A DNA stretch of 63,812 nucleotides, the filler included. It is 6 parts of 6 records of this genome, joined end to end, with 100 filler letters (N's around TTAATTAATTAA, not from the genome) between each part and the next. Parts side by side here need not be neighbours in the genome. Positions count along the whole stretch, not along the records: positions 24,603 to 32,786 come from SRR31156797_13350; positions 32,887 to 37,907 come from SRR31156797_13351; positions 38,008 to 53,314 come from SRR31156797_13352; 3 more parts are not named here. One strand, given 5' to 3'. The translations under genes and the position numbers were made by a program. Position 1 is the stretch's first letter. Each line of letters begins with the position of its first letter. The notes beneath the pieces were generated by a model. The model was not told where the DNA came from and ran no database searches. It saw only the letters and a list, made by a program, of their open reading frames with translations. This document shows, piece by piece, positions 29,195 through 42,257 of the stretch.

Positions 29195-31246
29195 CTACTT
29201 ACTATTGTTAAACAACAAACAATCTTTAAAAAAATCGGCATCAAACAAAGTTGGGCTCACAATATCGCCAGCCTTAAAAACCTGCAGGTTATACCTGTTA
29301 TCGACAAACAGCGAAGGATCAATCTCTACAATCTTAAACTCAGTTCTTCTATTTGCCTGATGTTCTTCTTCGCTGCAATCCACACCATCAGCACAATGAT
29401 TTACTAATTTCGACTCGCCATAGCCCTTTGCATAAATGCGGTCAGCTTCAATTCCTTTCGAAATCATATATTGAACTGCTGCATCGGCTCTTTTTTGCGA
29501 TAAATTCAAGTTATAAGTTTCGGCAGCTCTGCAATCGGTATGAGACGAAAGCTCTGCTTTAATAGGATGATTTTTCATAAATACAACTAAACTGTCCAAT
29601 TTCAGCTTGGCGTCTTCTCTAATCTCAAATTCATCAAGGTTATAAAATATTTCTACCTGTTGAATCCAATCAAGTTTTAGCTTCTTCAACAATAAATCTC
29701 TTGGAGCAGCAAAGTTTTTAGTACTTGCATTCGTAGGTGTTCTGAAAGATAAACAATCGCAAACAAAACTGTCTTTCATAGCTTTAACGGCATATACATG
29801 GTCGTACCTGGCTGGTAGTTCAAAATAGCCATCCGAATCGGTTTTTGCAATTGTTATATAACTTCTTTCTGTATCAAAAAAGAAAACTGTTGCATTAAAT
29901 AAGGGCATCGCGTTTTCAGCATTTTTCACGTAACCATTCACCATAAATGGCTTCTCTGGTTTTTTCAAATTTCTAAACGCATAAATATCATCCGAGCCCT
30001 TACCATCAGGCCGGTTTGAACTAAACAAGCCCTCGTTTGGGTTATCGGAGAGCAAAATCCCAAAATCATCGTATGAAGTGTTTATCGGGGCTTTCAAGTT
30101 TTCCGGCGCGCCAATAAGCGAATCGTTCACCAAAAAGCTTTTATAAATATCTAAACCTCCATAGCCCATATGGTCGTCGCTTGAAAAATACAATACCGTA
30201 TCATTTGCCCAGTATGGAAACACTTCGTTTCCTTTTGTATTTACTTTTGGGCCCATATTTTTCGGACTTGACCATTTTCCATTTTCAAGTTTTGAGATGT
30301 ACAAATCGGAACCGCCAAAACCGCCTGGTATATCAGAAGAAAAAATCATACGTTTATCATCCTCAGAGAGAGTGGGGTGAGCAACCGAATAATTTGCATT
30401 ATTAAAAGGCATTTCCTTAAACGATGGCCGTTTGTTGCTAGTTATATCTGCATAGTAAATTTTAAGCAAAGAAGTGTGGATATTGTCTTTGTCTTTATTA
30501 CGCTGCTTATTGGTTGTTTTTGTTATGTACACACCATTAAAGTCGGAAGTAAATGTTGCCGGTCCATCGTGGTAATTTTGGTTTAGTTGCAGCTCCATTT
30601 CAGCCACTGGTTTCATGGGGCTCCAAAAATTGCGGTAATACTCGGGCTCGGTATAATGTAAATTCAGGTAATTAAAATTTGTCCAGCCGTAGGTATCATC
30701 CAATTGGTCTTTTTTCCTATCCGAAGTAAAAACAATTCCGTTTTTATATGCCGCTGGTCCAAAATCAGAAAAACGCGTATTTATAGTTTCCACATTCTTC
30801 ACTTCTGCAACCAACGGCAATTCCAACCATTCCTGAATTTTTATTGAATACTGATAATACCTCTGTGCATCGAGGCTATCGGGCGCTGCTTGCTGAAAAG
30901 TTAAAAATGCATTGGCTGCATTCTCATACATGCCCAATGCCCGATAAGCCTGTCCCAGGTAGAAATAATTTATTGAATCGGTACCGGGAATTGCAATGGC
31001 CTTTTCATACCAATCTTTTGCTTCGCCAAAATTATTAGTATGCCTGTAGCAATCTGCCAGCATCTGGATAGACTTATTTCGTATTTCCGAACTCTCTGAC
31101 TCAGCCGACTTTAATAAAAAAGGAATGGCTTTAGAATAGTTAAAAAACTGAACTTGTTTTTCTGCTTTTTTTAATTGTGCTATTCCACTAAAACTGCAAG
31201 TAATTAAAAAAACAAACAGAAATATTTTACTTATAACTTTCTTCAT
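29195..31246 (-). CDS. PorE-like TPR/PD40/OmpA-domain protein
   Basis: TPR helices, GGFGGSDLY and GYGGLDIY PD40 repeats, SHTDCRA...LSQKRA, NRRTEF. Confidence 0.9.
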   Translation of the reverse strand: MKKVISKIFLFVFLITCSFSGIAQLKKAEKQVQFFNYSKAIPFLLKSAESESSEIRNKSIQMLADCYRHTNNFGEAKDWYEKAIAIPGTDSINYFYLGQAYRALGMYENAANAFLTFQQAAPDSLDAQRYYQYSIKIQEWLELPLVAEVKNVETINTRFSDFGPAAYKNGIVFTSDRKKDQLDDTYGWTNFNYLNLHYTEPEYYRNFWSPMKPVAEMELQLNQNYHDGPATFTSDFNGVYITKTTNKQRNKDKDNIHTSLLKIYYADITSNKRPSFKEMPFNNANYSVAHPTLSEDDKRMIFSSDIPGGFGGSDLYISKLENGKWSSPKNMGPKVNTKGNEVFPYWANDTVLYFSSDDHMGYGGLDIYKSFLVNDSLIGAPENLKAPINTSYDDFGILLSDNPNEGLFSSNRPDGKGSDDIYAFRNLKKPEKPFMVNGYVKNAENAMPLFNATVFFFDTERSYITIAKTDSDGYFELPARYDHVYAVKAMKDSFVCDCLSFRTPTNASTKNFAAPRDLLLKKLKLDWIQQVEIFYNLDEFEIREDAKLKLDSLVVFMKNHPIKAELSSHTDCRAAETYNLNLSQKRADAAVQYMISKGIEADRIYAKGYGESKLVNHCADGVDCSEEEHQANRRTEFKIVEIDPSLFVDNRYNLQVFKAGDIVSPTLFDADFFKDCLLFNNSK

Positions 31247-31269
31247 AATTTATATACTTTGCATTCTTA

Positions 31270-32181
31270 TTAGAAATACCTTGGTGTTCTCATTCTTGAT
31301 TTCTTCATAAAATCAATCCCTAATCGAATTTCGTGCGATCCTTTATTGTAAAGCTGTAACTCGTTAATATATAAATCAAATGAATATCCCAAACGCACAT
31401 TCTTTGTAATTCTGAATTCGATTAAACAAGTAACTGCCTGATGAATACGATACGATACACCAACCCAAAATAAGTCACTAAACAATATACTCGCATTAAG
31501 ATCGGACTGAACCGAACTATTTTTTACATATTTGAGCAAAACAGAAGGTCGAAAAACCATCTTATCGTTTATGGGAAAAGCTCCCCCACTCATAAAATAA
31601 AAATGTCGCGACAACCTTGAGAAATTCTCATTCCCGTTATACTCCCCTACTCCGTATTCATTCTCCAATAAATGTTTGGATGAAATCCCCGCAAAAAAAC
31701 GCTTGGTTTGGTAGTACATACCCAAGTTAAAATCAGGTGTGAATTTTTGTGTTTCCTGCGGTTGAAATACATTGTCAGGATACTGTGTTTTAATCATCTC
31801 CCAATCGTAGTCAAAATATTTCAGTCCCCCCTGAATCCCCATTGAAAACCAACCTTTTCGCGTTTGAATGCGGTAGGCATAAGTAGCCATTAAGCTTTGG
31901 TTAATTGTTGGCCCAATCTCATCGCGTGTTATATAAACTCCCAATCCCACATTATTATTCTCACTAACGGTATGAGCTGAAAGAGTCAATGTACGGGGAG
32001 CGCCTTCAATGCTCACCCACTGATACCTGTTTAGTAACTCTACGGTTGTCATTCCCTGACTACCGGCGTAGGCAGGGTTGACCACCAGTTTGTTAAACAT
32101 ATATTGCGTAAATAATGGATCTTGTTGAGCCGAAGCAACCAAGCTTCCAAACAATAAAATTAAGGCGAATAACTTTTTCAT
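31270..32181 (-). CDS. Type IX secretion PorP/SprF family membrane protein
   Basis: QQDPLFTQYMFN...NPAYAG, GSHEI, C-terminal TPRYF; start taken at MKKLFA. Confidence 0.93.
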   Translation of the reverse strand: MKKLFALILLFGSLVASAQQDPLFTQYMFNKLVVNPAYAGSQGMTTVELLNRYQWVSIEGAPRTLTLSAHTVSENNNVGLGVYITRDEIGPTINQSLMATYAYRIQTRKGWFSMGIQGGLKYFDYDWEMIKTQYPDNVFQPQETQKFTPDFNLGMYYQTKRFFAGISSKHLLENEYGVGEYNGNENFSRLSRHFYFMSGGAFPINDKMVFRPSVLLKYVKNSSVQSDLNASILFSDLFWVGVSYRIHQAVTCLIEFRITKNVRLGYSFDLYINELQLYNKGSHEIRLGIDFMKKSRMRTPRYF

Positions 32182-32307
32182 AAACTTATTTGTTTTTAGG
32201 AAACAACTACCATGCTTATCTTGCTCTGTTGCCATTCGTTTTTTGTAAAACCAAATATATTTTTCCTTCATCATTTTCGATTTTAGTGCTATTCATTTTT
32301 GATTATG

Positions 32308-32786
32308 TTATTCTTCAAACCTTATTTCTACCCATCCGGTATAAGTCTTAAGGTTTTTCAGTTTAAGTACATAGAAATAGGTGCCATCAGACACAATTTC
32401 TCCTCGCCTGTTTGTTCCGTCCCAAACTGTACTTTCATTATCATAATCATCAAATCGTCTAATTTCATCTCCCCATCGGTTATAAAACAGAACTTCGTTA
32501 TCCGGGAATTTTTCAATTCCTTCGATAATCCAGGTATCGTTTACACCGTCACCATTTGGAGAGAATGCGTTAAATATATTCAGTAACATATCTTCATCTT
32601 CTTCAACTTCCACCGTAATCAAATCAGTATTCCAACATCCGGTTATGGCATCAGTTGCCATAACTTCAAACGTTGTTGTTGATGTAAGATTAAATGTCTC
32701 TGTTGTTTTCGATGTAGGATCAACTAATAAATCTTCTGGTTCCCACGAATAGAAATACTTTCCTGAACCATTTTCGACTCCAACAG
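32308..32786 (-). CDS. T9SS type-B (gliding-motility) C-terminal-domain protein, C-terminal part, 5'-truncated
   Basis: NAFSPNGDGVNDTW...NRWG...WDG...GTYFYVL...GW; frame open to the contig edge. Confidence 0.92.
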
Positions 32787-32886
32787 NNNNNNNNNNNNNN
32801 NNNNNNNNNNNNNNNNNNNNNNNNNNNNNNTTAATTAATTAANNNNNNNNNNNNNNNNNNNNNNNNNNNNNNNNNNNNNNNNNNNN
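32787..32886. other. Artificial contig linker
   Basis: N44-TTAATTAATTAA-N44. Confidence 0.98.
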
Positions 32887-33096
32887 CGATTTTTCCTTTA
32901 TCAGCTTTACAACATCAAGTTTTTCTTCTTCCGACAATGTTGGAGTTTCTGCGGTCGTTCCCAACGCTACCAAATAATCCATTCCTCCCTGCACCTGGTT
33001 TTCAACAATGGTTTCCAGGGCATTAAAATCTACTTTGTTGTTTTTTGTAAAAGGTGTAATTAATGCTACTCCCGCACCTGTAAAAAGCTGACTCAT
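32887..33096 (-). CDS. dapA: 4-hydroxy-tetrahydrodipicolinate synthase, N-terminal part
   Basis: GVALITPF, LGTTAE.PTLS.EE. Confidence 0.9.
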
Positions 33097-33611
33097 TTAT
33101 TTGTTTTATTATTTAGCTGGCCAAGATAAAAAATTTGTTGTTTGGCCAGATATAATGCATCCTGATTTTTGCTAATATTAATGTTAAGGTCAAAGTAATT
33201 CTTTTCGTTTGGCGACCACCCAATTTTAAATTTAGCTTGTGTAATTATTGTTATAAAATCGAGTGTAATACTTTGAGTTAAGGAAATATTCAAAAGGAGA
33301 TCGAATTCCATTTCCGTAAAATTCTCAATTTTGCCAGGTTTTGGAAATCCCAGCCAGTTTAAATCTTTTGGAATAAGTGAATTCGCGTCGGCAGCCATTT
33401 CAATATTTTCGTTAAATACACACAAGCTTCTGAAAATAGATTGTTTTTTGCTGAAATATTCCTGTAAATAATGAAAAGCTTCTTTTTGCTCCGGTTGCCA
33501 GATTACCCCAATTTTTTTTATTGAATCGAGGTCAGGAATTTCTGGTCTTCGCTTTGATGATACATCAGCTTTCCGGAGTTTTTTAATGGCATATTTTTCT
33601 TTTAGTCCCAT
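33093..33611 (-). CDS. Conserved Bacteroidota protein (DUF6913-like)
   Basis: KDLNWLGFPK, FDLLLN, AKFKIG; usual position between ligA and dapA. Confidence 0.7.
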   Translation of the reverse strand: MGLKEKYAIKKLRKADVSSKRRPEIPDLDSIKKIGVIWQPEQKEAFHYLQEYFSKKQSIFRSLCVFNENIEMAADANSLIPKDLNWLGFPKPGKIENFTEMEFDLLLNISLTQSITLDFITIITQAKFKIGWSPNEKNYFDLNINISKNQDALYLAKQQIFYLGQLNNKTNK

Positions 33612-33642
33612 TGGTTCGCAAAGGTAATAAATGAAATTATGA

Positions 33643-35649
<2,007 letters not shown>

Positions 35650-35665
35650 TCATTTTGCTTTGAAA

Positions 35666-35673
35666 CAAATATA
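35666..35673 (-). promoter_or_regulatory. Bacteroidota -7 promoter element for ligA
   Basis: TATATTTG on the minus strand 16 nt upstream of the ATG. Confidence 0.6.
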
Positions 35674-35832
35674 CAAAAAGCAGAATTTGATTGATTCTTC
35701 GTTAAAAATTGTTTTTAAACAATTCAGGCTGATATAAATTTTATCAATCAAAAGTTTTTACAGAAACCGTTAATATTATGAAAAGGAAACTTCAATAAAA
35801 TCAAGTATATTTAAAATCAAAAATTAACTGAC

Positions 35833-37299
35833 ATGATTAAAAAGGCATTTAAAATTATAGGATTTGCAATTTTAGTTTTATTAGTAATCGTAGTCGTAAA
35901 AACGGCAATCCTTTCATCGAAACAACCGATAGTTAACTTCGAGAAGCCGATTGAAATTGGTAATCAGAGCTTATCAAATTTAAGTTCCGCAGTTTCATTT
36001 AAAACAGTTTCAAACTCTGAATTTAATTTAACAGATACTGCAGAATTTGTTGCTTTTCATTCTTTTTTAGATTCAACATATCCTTTGATTTTTAAAAATC
36101 TTGAAAAAGAAATTCATAATAATTATGCTTTGCTTTATAAATGGCAAGGAAGTAGTATGGTATTAAAACCGTTGATTTTAATGGCTCATCAAGATGTAGT
36201 TCCGGTAGTTGCTGAAAATTGGGAAAAACCACCTTTTTCAGGATTAATAGAAGGTGAATACATTTGGGGGCGGGGTACTTTGGATGATAAAGGAAGTATG
36301 ATTTCGATTATGGAAGCTGTTGAGAAATTACTTTCAGCAGGATTTGTGCCTGAAAGAACGGTCTATTTGGCTTTTGGTGATGATGAAGAGGTAAATGGAA
36401 AAGGAGCGCGTTTGATTGCAGCAGCACTAAAAAACAGGGGAGTAGAAGCCGAAATGGTGCTGGATGAAGGCATGGTAATTACCAGTGGAGTTGTGCCTAT
36501 GATTGCTGATCCGGTTGCATTAATTGGTACTTCCGAAAAAGGGTATTTATCGGTTGAGTTAAAAAGCTCATTTGTTGGTGGACATTCATCGATGCCACAA
36601 GCAGAAACGGCCATATCTTTATTGTCGGAGGCAATTATAAAAATAACAGAGAATAGACTGGATCCGGTTTTTACAGCACCGGTTGATGGATTCTTAAATT
36701 ACATTGGACCGGAAATTCCGTGGCCTGCTCGAATTGTTTTTGCAAACCGCTGGCTTCTTGGTGGTGTTTTGAAAAATATATATACCGGTACCGGACCAGG
36801 AAATGCAACGGTGCGCACAACAACAGCTCCTACCATGCTGAATGCGGGAATAAAAGACAATGTTCTACCAACCGAAGCATCAGCAACAATAAATTTTAGA
36901 TTGTTACCGGACGATAATGCGGAAAAAATAATTAACCACCTAATACGTGTAATTGATGATGAGAGGATTACTGTCGTTCAAAAAGGAAATTCAAAAGAAC
37001 CAGCGAACGTTTCGCCAATTGAAAACGATGCTTTTAAATTATTAAGTTCAACAATAAAAGAAAGTTTTGATAAAACGTATGTTGCACCAACCTTAATGAT
37101 TGCCAGTTCTGATAGTTATTATTACTCCGAAGTTTCGCCAAATGTGTATCGTTTTGCTCCATATCAGTTAAATTCTGATGATTTAGATCGGTTACACAGC
37201 AATAATGAAAGGATTGGCATAGAGAATTATAAAAGCATGATTAATTTTTACTATCGTTTAATTTCAAACTTCCAGGGAGAATTAAATGATTTCGAATGA
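35833..37299 (+). CDS. M20-family peptidase (carboxypeptidase S/PM20D1-like)
   Basis: MAHQDVVP, GRGTLDDK, DEE, LDEG, GGHSSMP, H..NERI. Confidence 0.92.
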   Translation: MIKKAFKIIGFAILVLLVIVVVKTAILSSKQPIVNFEKPIEIGNQSLSNLSSAVSFKTVSNSEFNLTDTAEFVAFHSFLDSTYPLIFKNLEKEIHNNYALLYKWQGSSMVLKPLILMAHQDVVPVVAENWEKPPFSGLIEGEYIWGRGTLDDKGSMISIMEAVEKLLSAGFVPERTVYLAFGDDEEVNGKGARLIAAALKNRGVEAEMVLDEGMVITSGVVPMIADPVALIGTSEKGYLSVELKSSFVGGHSSMPQAETAISLLSEAIIKITENRLDPVFTAPVDGFLNYIGPEIPWPARIVFANRWLLGGVLKNIYTGTGPGNATVRTTTAPTMLNAGIKDNVLPTEASATINFRLLPDDNAEKIINHLIRVIDDERITVVQKGNSKEPANVSPIENDAFKLLSSTIKESFDKTYVAPTLMIASSDSYYYSEVSPNVYRFAPYQLNSDDLDRLHSNNERIGIENYKSMINFYYRLISNFQGELNDFE

Positions 37300-37350
37300 A
37301 CAAATTAACTTGTTTAGCTTTTTACTTAAAAAAGAAAAAAATAAAATAAA

Positions 37351-37907
37351 ATGAGTTTTACATTACAACCCGGAGATAAGGCAGTCGATTTTAATCTGCC
37401 TGCAACCGATGGTAAAAACTATTCGCTGGAAAGTTTTAAAGATGCTAAATTTCTGGTCTTGTTTTTTACGTGTAATCATTGTCCGTATGTTATTGGTAGC
37501 GATGAAGTAACACGAAAAACAGCAGAACGATTCGCAGCCTGGGGAGTTGAATTTGTTGGAATAAATTCGAATAGTAAGAATACATACGAATCGGATGATT
37601 TTCCACATATGATTGAGCGAATGAAAGAACATAAATTTCCCTGGAAATACCTGTACGACGAATCTCAGGAGATTGCTTTAGCGTATGGAGCACTTAGAAC
37701 TCCCCATTTTTATGTTTTTAACGAAAAAAGGAAACTGGTTTATACAGGGCGGGCGGTGGATAATCCAAAAGATGCATCAAAAATCAGTGTAAATGATTTG
37801 GCCCGTACACTGGAAGAATTAGTTTCCGAAAAACCCGTTTCGGTGCCGGTAACAAATCCAATAGGCTGTAATGTAAAATGGGAAGGAAAAGAAAAACACT
37901 GGATGCC
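37351..37907 (+). CDS. Thioredoxin-fold (AhpC/TSA-like) protein, 3'-truncated
   Basis: [27 protein letters not shown]. Confidence 0.9.
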
Positions 37908-38007
37908 NNNNNNNNNNNNNNNNNNNNNNNNNNNNNNNNNNNNNNNNNNNNTTAATTAATTAANNNNNNNNNNNNNNNNNNNNNNNNNNNNNNNNNNNNN
38001 NNNNNNN
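37908..38007. other. Artificial contig linker
   Basis: N44-TTAATTAATTAA-N44. Confidence 0.98.
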
Positions 38008-38513
38008 CCCATTTCACCTTCAATTTCAGCTTTTGGTGTAAGAGCCGCCACAGAATCAATTACAAGAATGTCAATAGCTCCCGAGCGAATTAAACTATCA
38101 GCAATTTCTAACGCTTGCTCACCGTTATCTGGCTGGGACACATAAAGATTTTCGACATCAACACCTAATTTCTCAGCATAGAAGCGGTCAAATGCATGCT
38201 CAGCATCAACAAATGCAGCAATTCCACCAGCTTTCTGAGCTTCAGCAATTGCATGTATGGCTAAAGTTGTTTTACCTGAGGATTCAGGACCATAAATCTC
38301 AATAATTCGACCCCTTGGAAAACCACCTACGCCTAAAGCATAATCTAAGTTAATGGAACCAGTCGAAATTGATGGTACATCTTCTACCACAGTATCACCC
38401 ATTTTCATTATGGTTCCTTTACCATAACTTTTTTCAATATTGTCAAGAGTTGCTTGCAATGCTTTTCTTTTCTCGGCACTGATATCTGCTGTTTCTTTTT
38501 GTGTTTTTGCCAT
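38008..38513 (-). CDS. recA: Recombinase RecA, N-terminal part
   Basis: [43 protein letters not shown]. Confidence 0.98.
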
Positions 38514-38514
38514 A

Positions 38515-38976
38515 TTAACTTACTTTTTGTAATATTTGATTTGTATGATCTTTAGTTTGTACTCGTTTAAAAATGTGAGCTATTTTGCCGTCCTCATCAA
38601 TTATAAATGTTGTCCTCAAAAGACCCATCGTTTTTTTTCCATACATATTTTTTTCACCCCAAACACCATATTTATTAATTACTTCTTTATCTGTATCGGC
38701 TATAAGGTGAAATGATAAATTATACTTTGCTATAAATTTTTGATGTGACTCAATTGAGTCAGGACTAACTCCAACCACTTCAAATCCTTTATCTGTCAGT
38801 TCACTATAATTATCATTTAAATTACAGGCTTCCGCAGTACATCCGGGTGTATTATCTTTTGGATAAAAATATAATATTATTTTTTTTCCTTTAAAATCAG
38901 ATAAAGAAATAGTTTTACCATCTTGATTTTGCGCTTTAAATTCAGGAGCTTTGTCTCCTATTTCTAATGTAATCAT
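38515..38976 (-). CDS. bcp: Thioredoxin-dependent thiol peroxidase Bcp
   Basis: [16 protein letters not shown]. Confidence 0.95.
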   Translation of the reverse strand: MITLEIGDKAPEFKAQNQDGKTISLSDFKGKKIILYFYPKDNTPGCTAEACNLNDNYSELTDKGFEVVGVSPDSIESHQKFIAKYNLSFHLIADTDKEVINKYGVWGEKNMYGKKTMGLLRTTFIIDEDGKIAHIFKRVQTKDHTNQILQKVS

Positions 38977-39062
38977 TTTGTTAAATTTTTAACGGTTAAA
39001 ATTAATAAAATTCATCTAGCTAACGACTAGGAGACAATATAAATCGACCTTTTGTTCATAAA

Positions 39063-39088
39063 AAAAGGCTACCCGAGGGCAGCCTTTT
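39063..39088 (-). terminator. Intrinsic terminator after korB
   Basis: GGCTGCCC-TC-GGGTAGCC stem followed by a T-run on the minus strand. Confidence 0.8.
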
Positions 39089-39107
39089 AATTATTTGATT
39101 AATTCAA

Positions 39108-40121
39108 TTATATTTTCCAGGTTTCACCTGATTGAAGTAAATCATCCATATTTTTTATTTTAGAAGCATTTTGAACGGCCTCCGTTTGATCAAATAGAAG
39201 GTCTTCATATGTAGCTCCTGGAACTGCACGGATAACACCTAAAGCAACAGGGTACTCCGGATGTCTCATGTTAGCTAACATTAAGTGCATTCCTGGATTT
39301 GGCTCGTGCGCATCATGTGTCAAAATATCTTCAATAGTATATCCATCTTTACCAATAGTGACAACTTTCAATTTTAAACCATCACGTACCAATCCTTTAT
39401 CCTGCTCTTTTCCAAAAATCATTTTCTCGCCGTGCTTTAAATAAATTGTACGATCATCTCTAACGTTTTTATTCACAACACTTTCATGAATTGCATCATT
39501 AAAAATCACACAATTTTGGAGCACTTCAACTACAGATGTTCCTTTAAATCTTGCAGATTCCTCAAAAATCTCAACTAGGCTTTTAACCTGATTATCCACG
39601 CCTCTTGCAAAAAAGTGGCCTTGGGCACCAATAACCAACTCACCCGGATGAAATGGATTTTCAACTGTTCCGTCAGGAGAAGTTTTTGTTCTTGCTCCTA
39701 ATTCCGAAGTTGGAGAATATTGACCTTTAGTTAAGCCATAAATTTCATTATTAAAAAGTAGAAGATTTATATCTATATTTCTTCTAATCAAATGAATAAA
39801 ATGGTTACCTCCAATAGCCATTGCATCACCATCACCTGTAATTTGCCATACCGACAGTTTAGGATTAGCAACCTTTACACCACTTGCAATAGCTGCCCCA
39901 CGACCATGAATTCCGTGAAATCCATAAGTATTCATATAGTATGGGAAACGAGATGAGCAGCCAATCCCTGAAATAACAGCAAAATCTTCTTTTGCGATTC
40001 CAAGATTTGCCATTGTTTTTTGCACTGCATTCAGAATAGCATGGTCACCACAACCTGGGCACCATCTTACTTCCTGATCACTTTTAAAATCTTTCGGAGT
40101 TAATTTTTCTAATTCAGCCAT
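39108..40121 (-). CDS. korB: 2-oxoacid:ferredoxin oxidoreductase beta subunit
   Basis: WCPGCGD, SGIGCSS, HGR, GDGD, IYGLTKGQYSPT. Confidence 0.93.
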   Translation of the reverse strand: MAELEKLTPKDFKSDQEVRWCPGCGDHAILNAVQKTMANLGIAKEDFAVISGIGCSSRFPYYMNTYGFHGIHGRGAAIASGVKVANPKLSVWQITGDGDAMAIGGNHFIHLIRRNIDINLLLFNNEIYGLTKGQYSPTSELGARTKTSPDGTVENPFHPGELVIGAQGHFFARGVDNQVKSLVEIFEESARFKGTSVVEVLQNCVIFNDAIHESVVNKNVRDDRTIYLKHGEKMIFGKEQDKGLVRDGLKLKVVTIGKDGYTIEDILTHDAHEPNPGMHLMLANMRHPEYPVALGVIRAVPGATYEDLLFDQTEAVQNASKIKNMDDLLQSGETWKI

Positions 40122-40123
40122 TG

Positions 40124-41977
40124 CTATTTTTCCTCCAATATTTTGTTAAACGCTTGTTTCAATTCATCAACTGTAAAAGGTAATCCCTGAACTTTATTAT
40201 ACTTTTCATATTTAAATCCAGGTACTTTAATGGTCAAATAATCGGCAAATTGCCCCATATTCAACTCACATACAAGAAGTCTTTTATATCTTTTAAAGAT
40301 AGAATCAACACCATTTGGAAGTGGATAAATATGATTAAAGTGCACAAAACTTAAGCTTTTACCTTCAGCTTGTAATTCAGTTACTGCTGTGTGCAGATGA
40401 CCGTATGTCCCTCCCCATCCAATCACTAATAAATCAGCATTTTCATCTCCCTCAACTTCCGGAAGAGAAAAACGGTTTGCAACTAAATTAACCTTTTTCT
40501 GACGGTAATCGGTCATTACCTGATGATTTTCAGGAACATATGACACAGTACCAGTTAAGTCCATTTTTTCTAGTCCACCAAGTCGATGCTCATATCCTTT
40601 CATTCCCGGAACTGCCCATTTACGAACTAAGGTTTCAGGATCTCTTTCATAAGGCAAGTATTCTTTTTCAGGATCCTTTTCTCCGACCATTTGAACTTTA
40701 ATTTTAGGCATTTCATTCATAGAAGGAACTTTCCATGGTTCTGAACCATTGGCAAGAAACCCATCTGTTAAGAGAATAACCGGTACCATATGCTCCAGTG
40801 CTATTTGAGCAGCTTCAAAGGCATAGTCAAAACAATTCGAAGGACTACTAGCAGCTATTACAACGCAAGGGCTTTCACCATGACGTCCATAAATAGCTTG
40901 CATTAAATCAGATTGTTCTGTTTTAGTGGGTAATCCGGTTGATGGACCTCCACGCTGTACATCTACAATTACCAAAGGTAATTCGGTAATAACAGCTAAT
41001 CCAGCAGCTTCTGTTTTAAGTGCTAAGCCGGGTCCAGATGTAGTAGTAACAGCTAAATGACCGGCAAAACTAGCCCCAATAGAAGTTGTAATTCCAGCAA
41101 TTTCATCTTCGGCCTGAAAAGTTTTAACACCGAGATCTTTTCTGGCAGCTAGTTCTTGCAAAATTTCTGTAGCAGGCGTAATTGGATAAGATCCACAAAA
41201 CAATGGTAAATTTGCTCTTTCAGCGGCAGCGATAAGCCCCCAAGCTGTGGCAGTATTTCCATTTATATTACGATATGTTCCTTTGTCAAGTTCAGCCTTT
41301 TTTATTACATAATGAGAGCTTAACGCCTCAATTGTATTAGCATAATTGTAGCCTGCATGTAAAGCCAAAATATTAGCTTCAATTATCTCAGGTTTTTTAG
41401 CAAATTTTCTTTCGAAAAAACCCTCAGTATGTGTAAGTGGTCTATTAAACAACCAATATGTCACCCCTAAAGCAAACATATTTTTGGTTCTCTCAATCGA
41501 TTTCATATCGAGACCCAAATCTTTAACGGCCTCTCGTACAAGCGTTTGAATTGGGGCTTCAATTATGTTGTAATCACCTTTTTTTAGGTCCGGTAATGGG
41601 TTACCCTCAAACCCTGCTTTTACAAGATTTTTTTCTGTAAAACTATCAATATTGACAATGATTGTTCCACCTTTTTTAACCCATTTCTTATTAGCTTGAA
41701 GCGCTGCAGGGTTCATTGCAACTAATACATCACAATAATCACCCGGTGTGTGCATCTTTGCATTTCCAAAATGCAGCTGAAACCCAGATACACCACCTAC
41801 TGTACCTTGAGGTGCTCTAATTTCAGCTGGGTAATCAGGGAACGTAGAAACGTCATTACCCAAAAGTGCTGTTGTGTTAGAAAATTGTGTTCCGGTCAAC
41901 TGCATCCCGTCTCCGGAATCACCTGAAAACCGAATTACAACCTCTTCCTTTTCAATCTTCTTTTTTATTGTTGCCAT
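40124..41977 (-). CDS. korA: 2-oxoacid:acceptor oxidoreductase alpha subunit
   Basis: SGDSGDGMQLTG, YPITPA, QAEDEIA, TSGPG, QRGGPSTGLPT; start MATIKK. Confidence 0.93.
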   Translation of the reverse strand: MATIKKKIEKEEVVIRFSGDSGDGMQLTGTQFSNTTALLGNDVSTFPDYPAEIRAPQGTVGGVSGFQLHFGNAKMHTPGDYCDVLVAMNPAALQANKKWVKKGGTIIVNIDSFTEKNLVKAGFEGNPLPDLKKGDYNIIEAPIQTLVREAVKDLGLDMKSIERTKNMFALGVTYWLFNRPLTHTEGFFERKFAKKPEIIEANILALHAGYNYANTIEALSSHYVIKKAELDKGTYRNINGNTATAWGLIAAAERANLPLFCGSYPITPATEILQELAARKDLGVKTFQAEDEIAGITTSIGASFAGHLAVTTTSGPGLALKTEAAGLAVITELPLVIVDVQRGGPSTGLPTKTEQSDLMQAIYGRHGESPCVVIAASSPSNCFDYAFEAAQIALEHMVPVILLTDGFLANGSEPWKVPSMNEMPKIKVQMVGEKDPEKEYLPYERDPETLVRKWAVPGMKGYEHRLGGLEKMDLTGTVSYVPENHQVMTDYRQKKVNLVANRFSLPEVEGDENADLLVIGWGGTYGHLHTAVTELQAEGKSLSFVHFNHIYPLPNGVDSIFKRYKRLLVCELNMGQFADYLTIKVPGFKYEKYNKVQGLPFTVDELKQAFNKILEEK

Positions 41978-42155
41978 AGCATTTTTGTTTGTATAAAAAA
42001 AGCGAACCCTCCGCGTATTATAAATGCTGTGCGAAAAAACACACAGCACCCTAGTTAGTTTCCTTTACGTCAGTAGATTCGTCTTTTTGAATTTCCTCAT
42101 TTGAGGTTAATCCTTTAATGTTGATTGATAAACTTTTTGGTTTATTATTTGTGAA

Positions 42156-42163
42156 CAAAGTTA
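42156..42163 (-). promoter_or_regulatory. Bacteroidota -7 promoter element for korAB
   Basis: TAACTTTG on the minus strand. Confidence 0.55.
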
Positions 42164-42257
42164 AGGCAATCTTAAATTTGGGCAAACAAATTTCATCAGT
42201 TTTTAACACTTTTGTTCACTTTATTGCTATTTATAATAATTTTAAGTAAAAAATAAT

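Noticed and set aside
37351-38976. Apparent redox cluster (thioredoxin-fold protein near recA and bcp)
   Set aside because: Spans a linker; the genes are on different contigs.
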